This document shows, piece by piece, positions 38,220 through 48,084 of a stretch of DNA of 64,000 bases. Origin of the DNA: Candidatus Heimdallarchaeota archaeon (lineage in GTDB: Archaea; Asgardarchaeota; Heimdallarchaeia; JABLTI01); the NCBI GenBank assembly GCA_018238155.1, contig JABCTZ010000046.1, forward strand, positions 192,001 to 256,000, read 5' to 3'. Below the pieces are notes generated by a model that worked only from the letters and a program-made list of their open reading frames with translations, was not told the origin of the DNA and did no database searches. The position numbers and the translations under genes were made by a program. How positions within the stretch are numbered: the stretch's first letter is position 1; each line of letters starts with the position of its first letter.

Positions 38220-39767
38220 TTAGTAAACATTTAGAAAATTTCTGATTGAATCTTCATCGTCCAATCTAACAATTGGTACATCAAGCAATTTTCCAACATT
38301 TGATAATTCTTTTTGATAATCACCCATAGTTAAAGATAGGTGATTTGTTCCTAATGCTTTTAAGAATGACTCAGGAGAAACTTTCAATTGAACTGCTGTA
38401 TGAGGCCAGGTAGTTCCCCAAGCAATTCTTTCCTTTTCTTTTATTGAAACTATTTTTCCAAGTCCAAATTGTAAAATGTAACGTCCATCGATCCGACAAA
38501 GTCTAGCATATGTTGCTTCATTCTGAGAAGCAGGTGTATGATATCCAAAAGCACCTCCGGCAATTCCTTGACATTGAGGTTGAATTGTACTTTTTGATAG
38601 AGTTTTTTTCGGAGAATTAGATAGCCCTGCATAATATGCACTTGCTGCGCCACAATTTGCGATAATAAAATAGTTATCAGTAATGACTTTGATATCTCCA
38701 AAGAGTGGAGGGACAGCACAATTTAAGCTATAGAGAATTGCAGAAGTCAATAATCCTTTGATATCCCCTTCACATACAGTGGGAATAATTGGTTTCTCTC
38801 CTGTATGATCTTCCGGGAAAGGTAAAAAGGCAGGTAATAAACAAGGAGTGATACCATATTCAACACTTAATTCTGGTTGACATTTTATTGATGTTCCAAT
38901 TATCCTTTCTCCTTTCTCATGATAAGCACTAATAATATCCTTTGCAGCTAAATAGAGTGCAATTTGCTTGTTCAATATTTCTTCACTTATCATTTTATTA
39001 TCAAAAGTAATTGAACAACCATTTTTTGTTAACCAGTCTTTAAATGAACTAATTCTAGTGCTCTCATTTTGAAGGATTTCAGTTCCTGTCTTAATAAGCA
39101 AATATTGATCTTGTGTTTCTATATCATTAATAATGAAACGTTTGAGATATGGTATATCATCATTCAAGTGCTCCATATTCAAAGCAGGAGTTCCACCCCA
39201 AAGTAACAGTTTCCCATTTCGTAAATAATTTAATGCACAAGAAGCTTTTAACCATGGAATCATTGTTTCAACAGAGCCATTAATTGGTAGTAAAAACCTT
39301 GCATGGTGTTTTATGTAGTAATTATATGATGCTTCCCAAAATGAAGCACCCGTTGAAGATATGGCAGTTATTCCTGGCCAAAGTGGGTTATTTCTTGTCA
39401 CCAATCCAACAGGAACATCTAATTCTTTTGCTAACTCAAGTGGAACATTTGGTTCATTCCAAGCAAAGCAACATAGAAGTAAAGCACTTATTTTTTCTTC
39501 AATAAAAGGCATCTTTAGTTTATCTATTTGTGAGAGAGAATTAATGCCAAAGATTTTTCCTCTTTTGTTATCTTGTAAATCGTTTTGTGGGTCAATAATC
39601 TCAAAACCATTTCTTTTTAATGCAGAAACTAAATCCAAATGGGTTTGTTTGATGTACTCTTCTCGTTCATTGACAAGTTTAACATCATCTCTTGGATCTG
39701 TAAATGATACAACACCAATCCGATAATTTGGTTTAGCAAACTCTTTTTGAGAATCACTTTTTTTCAT
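38220..39767 (-). CDS. L-fucose/L-arabinose isomerase family protein
   Basis: KCQPE, CEGD, ANCG, TYARL, WPH, TNH metal-site motifs. Confidence 0.82.
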   Translation of the reverse strand: MKKSDSQKEFAKPNYRIGVVSFTDPRDDVKLVNEREEYIKQTHLDLVSALKRNGFEIIDPQNDLQDNKRGKIFGINSLSQIDKLKMPFIEEKISALLLCCFAWNEPNVPLELAKELDVPVGLVTRNNPLWPGITAISSTGASFWEASYNYYIKHHARFLLPINGSVETMIPWLKASCALNYLRNGKLLLWGGTPALNMEHLNDDIPYLKRFIINDIETQDQYLLIKTGTEILQNESTRISSFKDWLTKNGCSITFDNKMISEEILNKQIALYLAAKDIISAYHEKGERIIGTSIKCQPELSVEYGITPCLLPAFLPFPEDHTGEKPIIPTVCEGDIKGLLTSAILYSLNCAVPPLFGDIKVITDNYFIIANCGAASAYYAGLSNSPKKTLSKSTIQPQCQGIAGGAFGYHTPASQNEATYARLCRIDGRYILQFGLGKIVSIKEKERIAWGTTWPHTAVQLKVSPESFLKALGTNHLSLTMGDYQKELSNVGKLLDVPIVRLDDEDSIRNFLNVY

Positions 39768-39910
39768 TTCAAATACACTCTAATTAATTCTATTCTTTTA
39801 TTAGATATATTTATTGTTTGTCTAATTAGAACCAATAAACCATAAATTCTTATAACAAAATATTTGTAGTGTTGCATAAGAGATTCTCAAAGAGTACTGG
39901 AGAATTAAAG

Positions 39911-40627
39911 ATGTCATTTCCCCGACAAAGGTATGTGTTAGATACAACTGCTTTTACTGATGCACGATTAGTCAGCCAATTTGGCGGTTCAATCGCTGAT
40001 GCTGCAAATCAACTTGCTGAATTGATTAGCATTGGACGATTACGATTAAACATTTCTTGTTATATGCCTCCTAGTACATTTAATGAATTGAAGAAATTCT
40101 TGTTAGAAAACAAATGTACAGTTAGAGATATTGATCAAGTTGAAGCTTGGGTTGTTCGTAAATCTCCAGACAGATATTCCGTTCTTCTTTCATCTCAAGT
40201 AATTTATGAATATGTTTCTGATGTGCGAGATAGACTTGATCAAGGAATGGATATCGTACGTCGAGCAATAAAAGAAGGGATTAAGCGAACTGAAGAAAAT
40301 CTTCTCAAAAAAGATGGCGTGAATCCAAAAGATTTGGAAAAAAGCATTGCACGGACTTATGAGGATAAATATCGTCAAAGAATGAGACGAGGTGTTCTCG
40401 ACTCTCTTCCTGATATTGATACACTTATTCTAGCAAAAGAGCTTGGAGCAGGCATTGTTTCTGCAGATAAAGGAATCAAAGCATGGACAGAGAGAATGGG
40501 TATTAGATTTGTTGAGGCGAATTTCTTTCCACAAATTATTTTGACTTATCTAGAGAGGCTTGAAGATCTCCCGCAGTCTATAAAAAACGTTAAAGAGTTT
40601 GGTGGAAATAAGAAAAGAACTATTTAA
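39911..40627 (+). CDS. HARP RNA-free ribonuclease P (Aq_880 / PIN-like, 'RNA ligase partner' family)
   Basis: RYVLDTTAFTD, KSPDRY, RRGVLDS.PDIDTLILAKEL, VSADKGI...GIRF. Confidence 0.9.
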   Translation: MSFPRQRYVLDTTAFTDARLVSQFGGSIADAANQLAELISIGRLRLNISCYMPPSTFNELKKFLLENKCTVRDIDQVEAWVVRKSPDRYSVLLSSQVIYEYVSDVRDRLDQGMDIVRRAIKEGIKRTEENLLKKDGVNPKDLEKSIARTYEDKYRQRMRRGVLDSLPDIDTLILAKELGAGIVSADKGIKAWTERMGIRFVEANFFPQIILTYLERLEDLPQSIKNVKEFGGNKKRTI

Positions 40628-40666
40628 TGAATACAAGCTAGTAATAAATGATTATTTATACTATAG

Positions 40667-40921
40667 GTGAAAAAACAAATGTCTGAAAAGAAAATGCCTT
40701 TTGAAAAGGAAATTGAAGAAGAATATGATGATATTCGATTGCTTTTTAGATCCAATGATGATTGTTTGTTTCGTGGAGTTCTTGGTGGTTTAGCTGAATA
40801 TTGGAATATGAATTCGACAATACTTAGACTGATTTTTTTACTTTCAGTTATTTTAACTGGTGGTTTAATGATTATCGTCTATTTTATTTTAGCAAAACTA
40901 ATCCCAATAGAACCAAATTGA
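40667..40921 (+). CDS. pspC: PspC-domain membrane protein
   Basis: LFRS.DD...GVLGGLAEYWN...ILRLIF...YFILAKLIP. Confidence 0.85.
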   Translation: MKKQMSEKKMPFEKEIEEEYDDIRLLFRSNDDCLFRGVLGGLAEYWNMNSTILRLIFLLSVILTGGLMIIVYFILAKLIPIEPN

Positions 40922-40994
40922 AATTAGTAATCGAAAAAAGTGGATAATTAATAGCTATAAATATTCGATAGCAAGATAAGTGAAAGTGGTTATA

Positions 40995-41486
40995 ATGCGA
41001 AAAATTTGGGCTCCTTGGAGAATTGAATATATTCAACAAGAAAAATCAGATAATCAATGCTTCATTTGTGAAATTCTAGAAGAAGATAAAGATAAAGAAA
41101 ATTTAATTCTCTTTCGAGGAGAAAAAGCAATAGTTATGTTAAATAAATATCCTTACATCGCGGGTCATTTAATGGTTGCCCCAAAACATCATACAGCTGA
41201 AATTGATTCTCTACACCCTGCTACATATCAAGAAATGTGGCAATTAATGTCAAAATCAGTTTTGGTACTTAAGGAATCAATCAAGCCTGAGGGATTTAAT
41301 ATCGGTATTAATTTAGGAAAAGTATCTGGTGCAGGGTTAAAAACACATATCCATATTCATATCGTCCCAAGATGGTCTGGAGATACTAACTTTATGCCAA
41401 TCCTCACTAATACTCGAGTTATTTCTGAAGCACTCGAAAAAACATATGATAAATTTATGAAACATAAAAATATCTTTGATGAGTAA
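40995..41486 (+). CDS. HIT-family hydrolase / Ap4A phosphorylase-like
   Basis: IWAPWR, CFIC, NKYPY..GH, HIHIHIVPRW.GD.NF. Confidence 0.92.
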   Translation: MRKIWAPWRIEYIQQEKSDNQCFICEILEEDKDKENLILFRGEKAIVMLNKYPYIAGHLMVAPKHHTAEIDSLHPATYQEMWQLMSKSVLVLKESIKPEGFNIGINLGKVSGAGLKTHIHIHIVPRWSGDTNFMPILTNTRVISEALEKTYDKFMKHKNIFDE

Positions 41487-41665
41487 CCAAATTTACAGAA
41501 TATAAAGAGTAAATCGAATGAAATATCATTTAAGAAAAAGAATTGACTCGAAACGATTAAAGTAACCGCCTAAACCTTTACTGATACTTGAAAGATAAAT
41601 AATGTAAATAAAAAGAGAAAACTCGATCCTATTTAATAGAATCAAATTTCAAGGGTTAAAAAAAA

Positions 41666-42658
41666 TTATCTTCTTTTAAAGAGATTTATTGGATTTATTC
41701 TTTTATTTGGATTTCTTGCACCTTGTAAGAGCTCAACAAAACAATATCCAACTTCTTCGTTCTTTTCGTTAAGGATGCTTGCCATTAATTCATAATAAGC
41801 TAGATTTAGTTGGCCATCCATGAGTGGTTTTATAGTATAATTTTCTTCTTTTACTCCAGGAATCTTAAGCTTCCATCCTTTGGAAAATTTAAAACCATCT
41901 ATTTCAATCATTTCCAAAGGTTCAACTTGACAATCCCGTAATCGAATTCCCTGCTTATCTTTTGTTATATAGGTTCCATCTAAATACGGATGTTGAGGAA
42001 AATAAAATATCATTACTTCTTCATCATCAAAAAACCGCAATGAAAACCATTCCCAATGTGTAGAATTATCGACTATGTCATATGGACCCCATTGCCGATC
42101 AAACCAAGTTTTACCTTTAACAGTGATGGGTTTCTCATCATTTCTTTTGAGTGTTAATTCACCTTTTGTAGGCATGTTTGTATAAGAGTAATAGAGTGTT
42201 CGTTGTTTTGGGTCGCTTTCAGTTCCCATCACTAATACACCATCATCACCATGCCAAAATGCACCTTTTCCAACATCCAAGGTTAAATTTAGATTGAAAT
42301 CCTTTGTGTCTAATTTAATTTCAAAAGATTCTTGGTTTTTTGTTAGTTTACTATATGGATGAAAGACCAGCTCTTTCTGGTTCACATAAATTCTTCTATT
42401 TTGGAATCCTAATCTCTGATGATAAAAATGCTCGCCAGTTTGGAAATCTGTCAAGGCAATCATTGAAACATATGAAGTTGTTCCAAATACTCTTGGTTTT
42501 ATTACCGTATATTGATAAGAATACATATTCTTACTTTCTTCATCAATTAGATATCCAGTAGCATACCACCAACCAGATACTTTCTTATGTGGAAGCCATT
42601 CATCATCAAAGCTTCCATGATCCGTTTCTTTGTATTGTATTTTTTCATGAAGTGTCAT
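41666..42658 (-). CDS. AttH/CrtC-like lipocalin-fold protein
   Basis: WWYATG, YYSYT, GKTWFDRQW, WEWFSL, YYE, GYCFVEL. Confidence 0.82.
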   Translation of the reverse strand: MTLHEKIQYKETDHGSFDDEWLPHKKVSGWWYATGYLIDEESKNMYSYQYTVIKPRVFGTTSYVSMIALTDFQTGEHFYHQRLGFQNRRIYVNQKELVFHPYSKLTKNQESFEIKLDTKDFNLNLTLDVGKGAFWHGDDGVLVMGTESDPKQRTLYYSYTNMPTKGELTLKRNDEKPITVKGKTWFDRQWGPYDIVDNSTHWEWFSLRFFDDEEVMIFYFPQHPYLDGTYITKDKQGIRLRDCQVEPLEMIEIDGFKFSKGWKLKIPGVKEENYTIKPLMDGQLNLAYYELMASILNEKNEEVGYCFVELLQGARNPNKRINPINLFKRR

Positions 42659-42751
42659 TTTAGTTCCACCTTTAATTCATTTTTAAATTCAAGTTATATA
42701 ATAAATAGTCAACATCTATCTGACGTTTTAAGGATAAAAATTGGTGGAAAT

Positions 42752-42787
42752 GGTTAGATATCTAACTAAAGGTTAGACTTCTAACTA
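42752..42787. promoter_or_regulatory. Tandem palindromic operator
   Basis: GGTTAGAtaTCTAACTA and GGTTAGActTCTAACTA, 19 bp apart, abutting TTTAAATA. Confidence 0.7.
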
Positions 42788-42932
42788 TTTAAATATTATC
42801 AAGCATGCATAATTTAAAATGTGTTCCTAGAAGGATTTTTTTTGGCTAGTTTATTGATAACATAAACATAGAGAATCTAAAATACAAAATATAGTAAGGC
42901 TCTTATACGTGTTTTTGTAATGTGGGTCGATT

Positions 42933-43997
42933 ATGCCTCTAAGTAACTTTTATGGAGAAATAGCAGCAATTAGTGGAGCGGTTTGCTTTGGTGTTGGAAA
43001 TGTAATAATCAAATCGCAAGGCAATAAGATCAGTCCCTTTGCAATTAATGCTATTCGTTTAACTTTATCAGCGATTATTTACTTTATCATTATTGCATCA
43101 ATGGGAATAATCAGTTCAACATTCAATCTTACTTGGAGGGTTGCTCTCTTTCTTGCAGGAGGAACTTTCATTGGTGTTGTTATTGGTGATATTATTTTCT
43201 TTTTCAGTCAACAGTTAATTGGTCTTTCGAAAGCTTATCCCATTGCTGTAAGTTATCCACTAATGACATATATTTTGGGATTAATTATCGGTTCCGAGGA
43301 TTTTCACTGGGCAAGAATAGTTGGGGTAACTCTAGTAATAGGAGGAGTGTATTTAGTATCTATATCAACTAAAGGAAAAGAAATAGAAAATCAAAGAACG
43401 AATGAAGAAACCGGCATCGAAATCGCAGAGAATTTAGAAAAAACACCAGAAGATAAATTACTTGAAAATAATGAATTACAAAAAGAAAAGACTGAAAATC
43501 ATTCCAAAGAAAAAGGAGTAATCACAAGAGAAGAAACTCAGAAAGTCAAACTAAAAAAGAAATATCTTATTCTAGGTATTGGAGGAGCACTTACTACTGC
43601 AATCTGTTGGACTATTGGAACAGTCTTAATGGACCAAGCTTTCAACAATCAAGATTTAGAGGGGTTACCAGCTACCGCTTTTAGAATTATTTGTGTTCTA
43701 CCTGTATCACTCTTGATATTTACTTCAACAAATCGTGGAAAATATAAAAGTAAATTTAGTCGGAAAGGGTTGCTATTTATTGTTATAGCAGGATTAATTG
43801 GTAATACAGCAGGGGGGTTACTCTATGCCTTTGCATTACAATATTCAACAGCGTCTACAACAGCAGCAATAACTGCTGCAGCACCATTAATTGCAACACC
43901 TCTAGCAGTTATTTTTCTAAAAGAGAAAATATCTTGGAAATTAGTGGTTGGTACATTAATAACCATAAGTGGAATTTGGTTGATAATACTATTCTGA
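42933..43997 (+). CDS. EamA/DMT-family transporter
   Basis: Two five-TM repeats, charged linker, FLKEKIS...GTLITISGI. Confidence 0.9.
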   Translation: MPLSNFYGEIAAISGAVCFGVGNVIIKSQGNKISPFAINAIRLTLSAIIYFIIIASMGIISSTFNLTWRVALFLAGGTFIGVVIGDIIFFFSQQLIGLSKAYPIAVSYPLMTYILGLIIGSEDFHWARIVGVTLVIGGVYLVSISTKGKEIENQRTNEETGIEIAENLEKTPEDKLLENNELQKEKTENHSKEKGVITREETQKVKLKKKYLILGIGGALTTAICWTIGTVLMDQAFNNQDLEGLPATAFRIICVLPVSLLIFTSTNRGKYKSKFSRKGLLFIVIAGLIGNTAGGLLYAFALQYSTASTTAAITAAAPLIATPLAVIFLKEKISWKLVVGTLITISGIWLIILF

Positions 43998-44029
43998 AGA
44001 GAGAAAGAACAGTTTACTTTACAAAATTA

Positions 44030-44191
44030 CTAGTCGGACACCAAGAAATTCATTCGAACAAAAGTACCACAATTCTTGCAATTATATTCAGAAAGAATAA
44101 CTATTCCGAGCTCTGTGTGGTAAATAATTTTCACAGTCTTACTACCACAAAGAGGGCATTTTTCTGTAACTTGAATACTCCGTTCATTCAT
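44030..44191 (-). CDS. 53-aa zinc-ribbon protein, ZPR1-finger-like (not in ORF track)
   Basis: MNERSIQVTEKCPLCGSKTVKIIYHTELGIVILSEYNCKNCGTFVRMNFLVSD; GAGGAG upstream. Confidence 0.72.
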   Translation of the reverse strand: MNERSIQVTEKCPLCGSKTVKIIYHTELGIVILSEYNCKNCGTFVRMNFLVSD

Positions 44192-44406
44192 ATTTCAGTT
44201 CATACTCCTCTAAAATACCGACATAATTAAGCTTGTTTCATTAGCTAACAAATTCGTTTTACTTTTAAAGTATCGTATTTATACACTTAAAAAAATTGCT
44301 CCGATGAATCAAAAGTGACGTATTGTTAAATAATAACCAGTTTGGAAAAGTTTAATTTATGAAGAGGATAAGAGTTTCTTAAGAACGATTGGAGATAATA
44401 TCTACG

Positions 44407-44856
44407 ATGACTGATATACTAGAAACGGTTGAAAAAGTTAAGGGTTGGCTAGATGAACTGAATTTGAAATGTTTTATTTCACCAAATGGAACAGAGATTA
44501 TGCTACCATACAAAATTGACGATCGCACATTCAATGTTAGAATAGTTATCGCCCCTGAATGGATGCAGCTCTTCTGCCAAATAATGCCATATAATGAAGT
44601 ACCACAAGAATTAGTTGGTGCAATTCATGCAAACCTTCTCTTAGCAAATTTTAATTTAAATGAAGTAACATTTTCGATAGATCCAGAGGGAAATATCTAC
44701 TCTGAAAACGATATACCAATTGACTCAGATTTAGTAACTTTCAAATCTGAGCTTGGTGCAGTTGTTTTTGGTTATCAATATTTCTTTGAACAGTTAGCAC
44801 CAAAAATAGGTGGTGCAATTGAAAAGATGTCAAAAGATAAACTAGGTATAACCTAA
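44407..44856 (+). CDS. YbjN / T3SS-chaperone-fold protein
   Basis: VKGWLDEL..., LLLANFNLNEVTFSIDPEGNI pattern. Confidence 0.7.
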   Translation: MTDILETVEKVKGWLDELNLKCFISPNGTEIMLPYKIDDRTFNVRIVIAPEWMQLFCQIMPYNEVPQELVGAIHANLLLANFNLNEVTFSIDPEGNIYSENDIPIDSDLVTFKSELGAVVFGYQYFFEQLAPKIGGAIEKMSKDKLGIT

Positions 44857-44886
44857 TAATAAATTTCTATTTGTTTAAGAAACATT

Positions 44887-44904
44887 CACTGGATTTTTCC
44901 AGTG
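44887..44904. terminator. Hairpin between convergent genes
   Basis: CACTGGA-tttt-TCCAGTG followed by T-rich tract. Confidence 0.5.
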
Positions 44905-44926
44905 CTATTTTCTCTTTCTTATTTTC

Positions 44927-45916
44927 TTAGTTTTCTACAATAATTTTTGCTCCAGTCGTATTGATTTTTGACTTAGAAAGCAAATTAAATTCATGTTTGG
45001 AATAATTTTCATTTATTGAATTTATAATGGCCATTGCAGAAGCTGCTGAATCAGATAAACTAAATATTGTTGGTCCAAAAGAGCTTATACCATGTCCAAA
45101 TGATTTTTTATTTTCTTGTAGAAAGGCAAAAATCTCTTGATTGAAATCAGAATTGAAATAATTCATTCCAAATTTCGGCATAATGTGCTGCATGGTTATC
45201 AAGCCTTCACCAAATGATTTGATATCCTTTTCAATTAGAGACGGAAGAATCTTCATTAATAGTAGTCTCGAGAGTTTTTCGACTCCTTCAGCAGGAATAG
45301 GGCAATTATCTCTAAATAGACTAACCTCTTTTTTTCCTGAGGCTCCTTTTTTTGCTGCAGGAGTAATTAAAACAAAGTACCAATTTGTTGGAGGATAATT
45401 TCTAAAGATTATCGGAGGAGGAGGAGCGTTTGATACTCGAGATGGTTGAAAAGTTTCAGTTTGTTTTCCCGGTCCAAAGGAGTGTCCACCATCTAATATT
45501 ACTCCACCTTTATCGAAAGAAGCAACACCAATACCACTTGTACCACCACGTTGAACAGCTTTAGCAATCTCTGTAACGCTAGTATTAAGTTTATGAATTT
45601 TTGAAAGAATAGACCCTAGTGCAAGAAGAAATTGAGTATTAGAACCTAAACCAATATGACTTGGAACAGAATCAATTAGTTTTAAATTGAGATCAGAGGA
45701 TGAAACTCCAAAATAGGCATCAAATTTAGCAATAACGGCAAGAGTTTTTTTTTCAAGCACTACTGGTTTTATTTTTTGAGTATCAGAACAATATTTTATC
45801 ACCCAACCTGGTTTCTCCAAAGCAACTCCAAAACTTCCATTGATTCGTCCTAATTCACCATTGAGGTCTATTAAACCAAAATGTAAACGAGAAGGAGTCT
45901 GAACAGTAATTTGCAT
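44927..45916 (-). CDS. Beta-ribofuranosylaminobenzene 5'-phosphate synthase (GHMP family, methanopterin pathway)
   Basis: TPSRLHFGLIDLNG, PSHIGLGSNTQ, RGGTSGIG, GGVILDGGH, SSFGPT. Confidence 0.9.
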   Translation of the reverse strand: MQITVQTPSRLHFGLIDLNGELGRINGSFGVALEKPGWVIKYCSDTQKIKPVVLEKKTLAVIAKFDAYFGVSSSDLNLKLIDSVPSHIGLGSNTQFLLALGSILSKIHKLNTSVTEIAKAVQRGGTSGIGVASFDKGGVILDGGHSFGPGKQTETFQPSRVSNAPPPPIIFRNYPPTNWYFVLITPAAKKGASGKKEVSLFRDNCPIPAEGVEKLSRLLLMKILPSLIEKDIKSFGEGLITMQHIMPKFGMNYFNSDFNQEIFAFLQENKKSFGHGISSFGPTIFSLSDSAASAMAIINSINENYSKHEFNLLSKSKINTTGAKIIVEN

Positions 45917-46025
45917 TGTCTAAACCAAGTGTTTTTTTTCAAGGATTTCTATTGAATTACACGTAATAAATTCTTCACATATATGGAAAAAAAAGCTAAA
46001 AGAACAAGAGAGAAAAATATTTTCT

Positions 46026-46604
46026 CTATCGTCTTCTTTTCTTTCTTTTTGGTTTTCTAGAACGGGAGATAACAGCAAAAACTATTACTATTAAAAGCAA
46101 TAATCCAATTCCAGATGCTAACATCCACCACCAACCTGCAAAACCATTTTGAATCACGAATAGATGATAATTACCAATATGATTTCCTGTTAAACATGTA
46201 ACAATAATGTTGTGAGCTCCAGCATCAGTTGGAGTAAAGATAAACTCAATAACCCTTTCATCTTTCGTTGCAGTAGTATCCCACATTTTTGATTCTAAAT
46301 AATCACCACCAGGGCCATTTACTTTTAATGCAAACCATCCTTCTGTAATATCTATTTTCACTTGAAGCAAATAAGGTTTATTTTTTTTCATTTGGAAATG
46401 ATATGTATCAGCACTGAGGAGAACCTTTAGGTTTCCCTCTTTATAAAGTAAAACACGGTATACTTTTGGGTCGTCAATATCTGCATTAGTCTTGACTTCA
46501 GAATTGTGGTTTATATTTGAACCTATTGCTACTGTCACAATTGGTAAAAGAGTAACAATTATTATGTTAAGTGCAATAATTTTGGCAAACATTTTTTTCT
46601 TCAT
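46026..46604 (-). CDS. Small secreted beta-sandwich protein with C-terminal TM and basic tail
   Basis: Signal peptide, PPC-like beta domain, WWW-TM, KPKRKKRRR. Confidence 0.75.
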   Translation of the reverse strand: MKKKMFAKIIALNIIIVTLLPIVTVAIGSNINHNSEVKTNADIDDPKVYRVLLYKEGNLKVLLSADTYHFQMKKNKPYLLQVKIDITEGWFALKVNGPGGDYLESKMWDTTATKDERVIEFIFTPTDAGAHNIIVTCLTGNHIGNYHLFVIQNGFAGWWWMLASGIGLLLLIVIVFAVISRSRKPKRKKRRR

Positions 46605-46754
46605 GAATATCGACCTTTTTAATATAAAACAATAATATAAAGTACTTATTAAATTATTACATTAAAAGAGTAATTCTCCGACAAAAAACTTTGTCCCAAA
46701 TGAAAGGTTTTTTTAGTACTAATCAATATCATTTATTAAAAAGTAATCTTTAAG

Positions 46755-47408
46755 GTGAAAATCATGTCTGTAGATAAAATGATCTATCATATCAGAAAGG
46801 GCAAATTTGTTCCTGTCAAGGATCCGCATTTTAAAACTGGAGATGCATACGTTATTGATCTTGGCAAAACTATTTGGATTTGGTTGGGCAAGGGAGCACA
46901 AGTTGATGAAAAATTCATCGCAGCAAAAACAGCCCAAGAATTAGATTGGGAACACAGTGGAAAACCCAGAGTTGATTCCTGTTTTGAAGGTGAAGAAGAA
47001 GCAGAGCTTCTTAATGCCCTTGGTCCCGATTTCAAAGTTGTTGAAGGTGACACACCATCTATGTTGGTACATGTCGATAAAACTTTCAAACCGGAATTTC
47101 GAATGATTCGAGTAAAACAGGAAGGAGACGATATTGAGTACATTGATGAGAAATTCTCTCGAGATTCATTAGATTCCAATGATGTATTTGTTGTCGTAGG
47201 ATTAATGGGCGAAGAAGCAATGATGATTTACAACTGGATTGGAAAAAATGCTCGACCTAAAGAGAAATTCTTTGGTGCAATAAAATCGGACTATATTGAT
47301 AAAGAGTTCAGAGAAGCACCACAAACAATAACTATTGAAGAAGGTGAAGAAACAGGTGGTTTCAATTACGTCTTCAAAGCACACAGAGAATTTCAGAAGA
47401 ATAAGTAA
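46755..47408 (+). CDS. Two-domain gelsolin-family actin regulator (start may be 46764)
   Basis: FKTGDAYVIDLG..IWIWLGKGA..DEKFIAA...EGEE and SLDSNDVFVV...IYNWIGKNA..KEKF...IEEGEE. Confidence 0.9.
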   Translation: MKIMSVDKMIYHIRKGKFVPVKDPHFKTGDAYVIDLGKTIWIWLGKGAQVDEKFIAAKTAQELDWEHSGKPRVDSCFEGEEEAELLNALGPDFKVVEGDTPSMLVHVDKTFKPEFRMIRVKQEGDDIEYIDEKFSRDSLDSNDVFVVVGLMGEEAMMIYNWIGKNARPKEKFFGAIKSDYIDKEFREAPQTITIEEGEETGGFNYVFKAHREFQKNK

Positions 47409-47427
47409 CAGATAAAAAAATTAGAGT

Positions 47428-47454
47428 TGAATGATGATTAATTATTATCATTCA
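47428..47454. terminator. Bidirectional hairpin between gelsolin and tbp
   Basis: TGAATGAT-N11-ATCATTCA flanked by an A-tract and a T-tract. Confidence 0.55.
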
Positions 47455-47499
47455 TTTTTTCTCCTTTTTTGATTCATTATTGAAGTGTATTTTGAGACT

Positions 47500-48084
47500 T
47501 TATTCTGCTTCGAATTCTTCCTCAAGAGCACCGACTTCTTTGAGAATTTCATACGTTTTTCTAGTAGATTCACTTACGAATTCCTCTTTCTTAGCTCCGG
47601 TGCAAACAAAAGCACCACTTTGGAATAATAACAAAACAGTCTTTGGTTCTTTAATACGGTAAATCAAACCTGGAAATTGTTCAGGCTCGTACATTGAACC
47701 TTCAAGCATAATAGATGCTAATTCAAGGTTAATTATTGCATTAATATTTCCAGAAGCAACAATATTTTGCACAGTTACAGATGGTTTACCAGTTATTTTT
47801 GCACCTGCAGCTTTCAATACTTTAACAATTTCATCAGCAGCAACATGAAGCATATCTGCACTCTTAGCTCCAGTAATAACCATTTTACCTGAAGCAAAAA
47901 TTAGAGAACTAACTTTTGGTACTGGTATTTTTAAAACTAATCCTGGAAATTTTTCAGGTTCATAAGAAACAAAATATTCTGGTTTTTCACCCAATGCATC
48001 AGCTAAAGCATAGAGATCAATTCTTGATGTTTCAACGCTTCCAGATGCGACACAGTTTTGTATTGTATATTCAATTTTAACCAT
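47500..48084 (-). CDS. tbp: TATA-binding protein
   Basis: IQNCVAS / VQNIVAS repeats, YEPEKFPGL / YEPEQFPGL, LIFASGKMVITGAK; acidic tail. Confidence 0.98.
   Translation of the reverse strand: MVKIEYTIQNCVASGSVETSRIDLYALADALGEKPEYFVSYEPEKFPGLVLKIPVPKVSSLIFASGKMVITGAKSADMLHVAADEIVKVLKAAGAKITGKPSVTVQNIVASGNINAIINLELASIMLEGSMYEPEQFPGLIYRIKEPKTVLLLFQSGAFVCTGAKKEEFVSESTRKTYEILKEVGALEEEFEAE

Noticed and set aside
43934-44230. Plus-strand 98-aa ORF
   Set aside because: Overlaps the EamA end and is antisense to the zinc-ribbon gene 44030..44191
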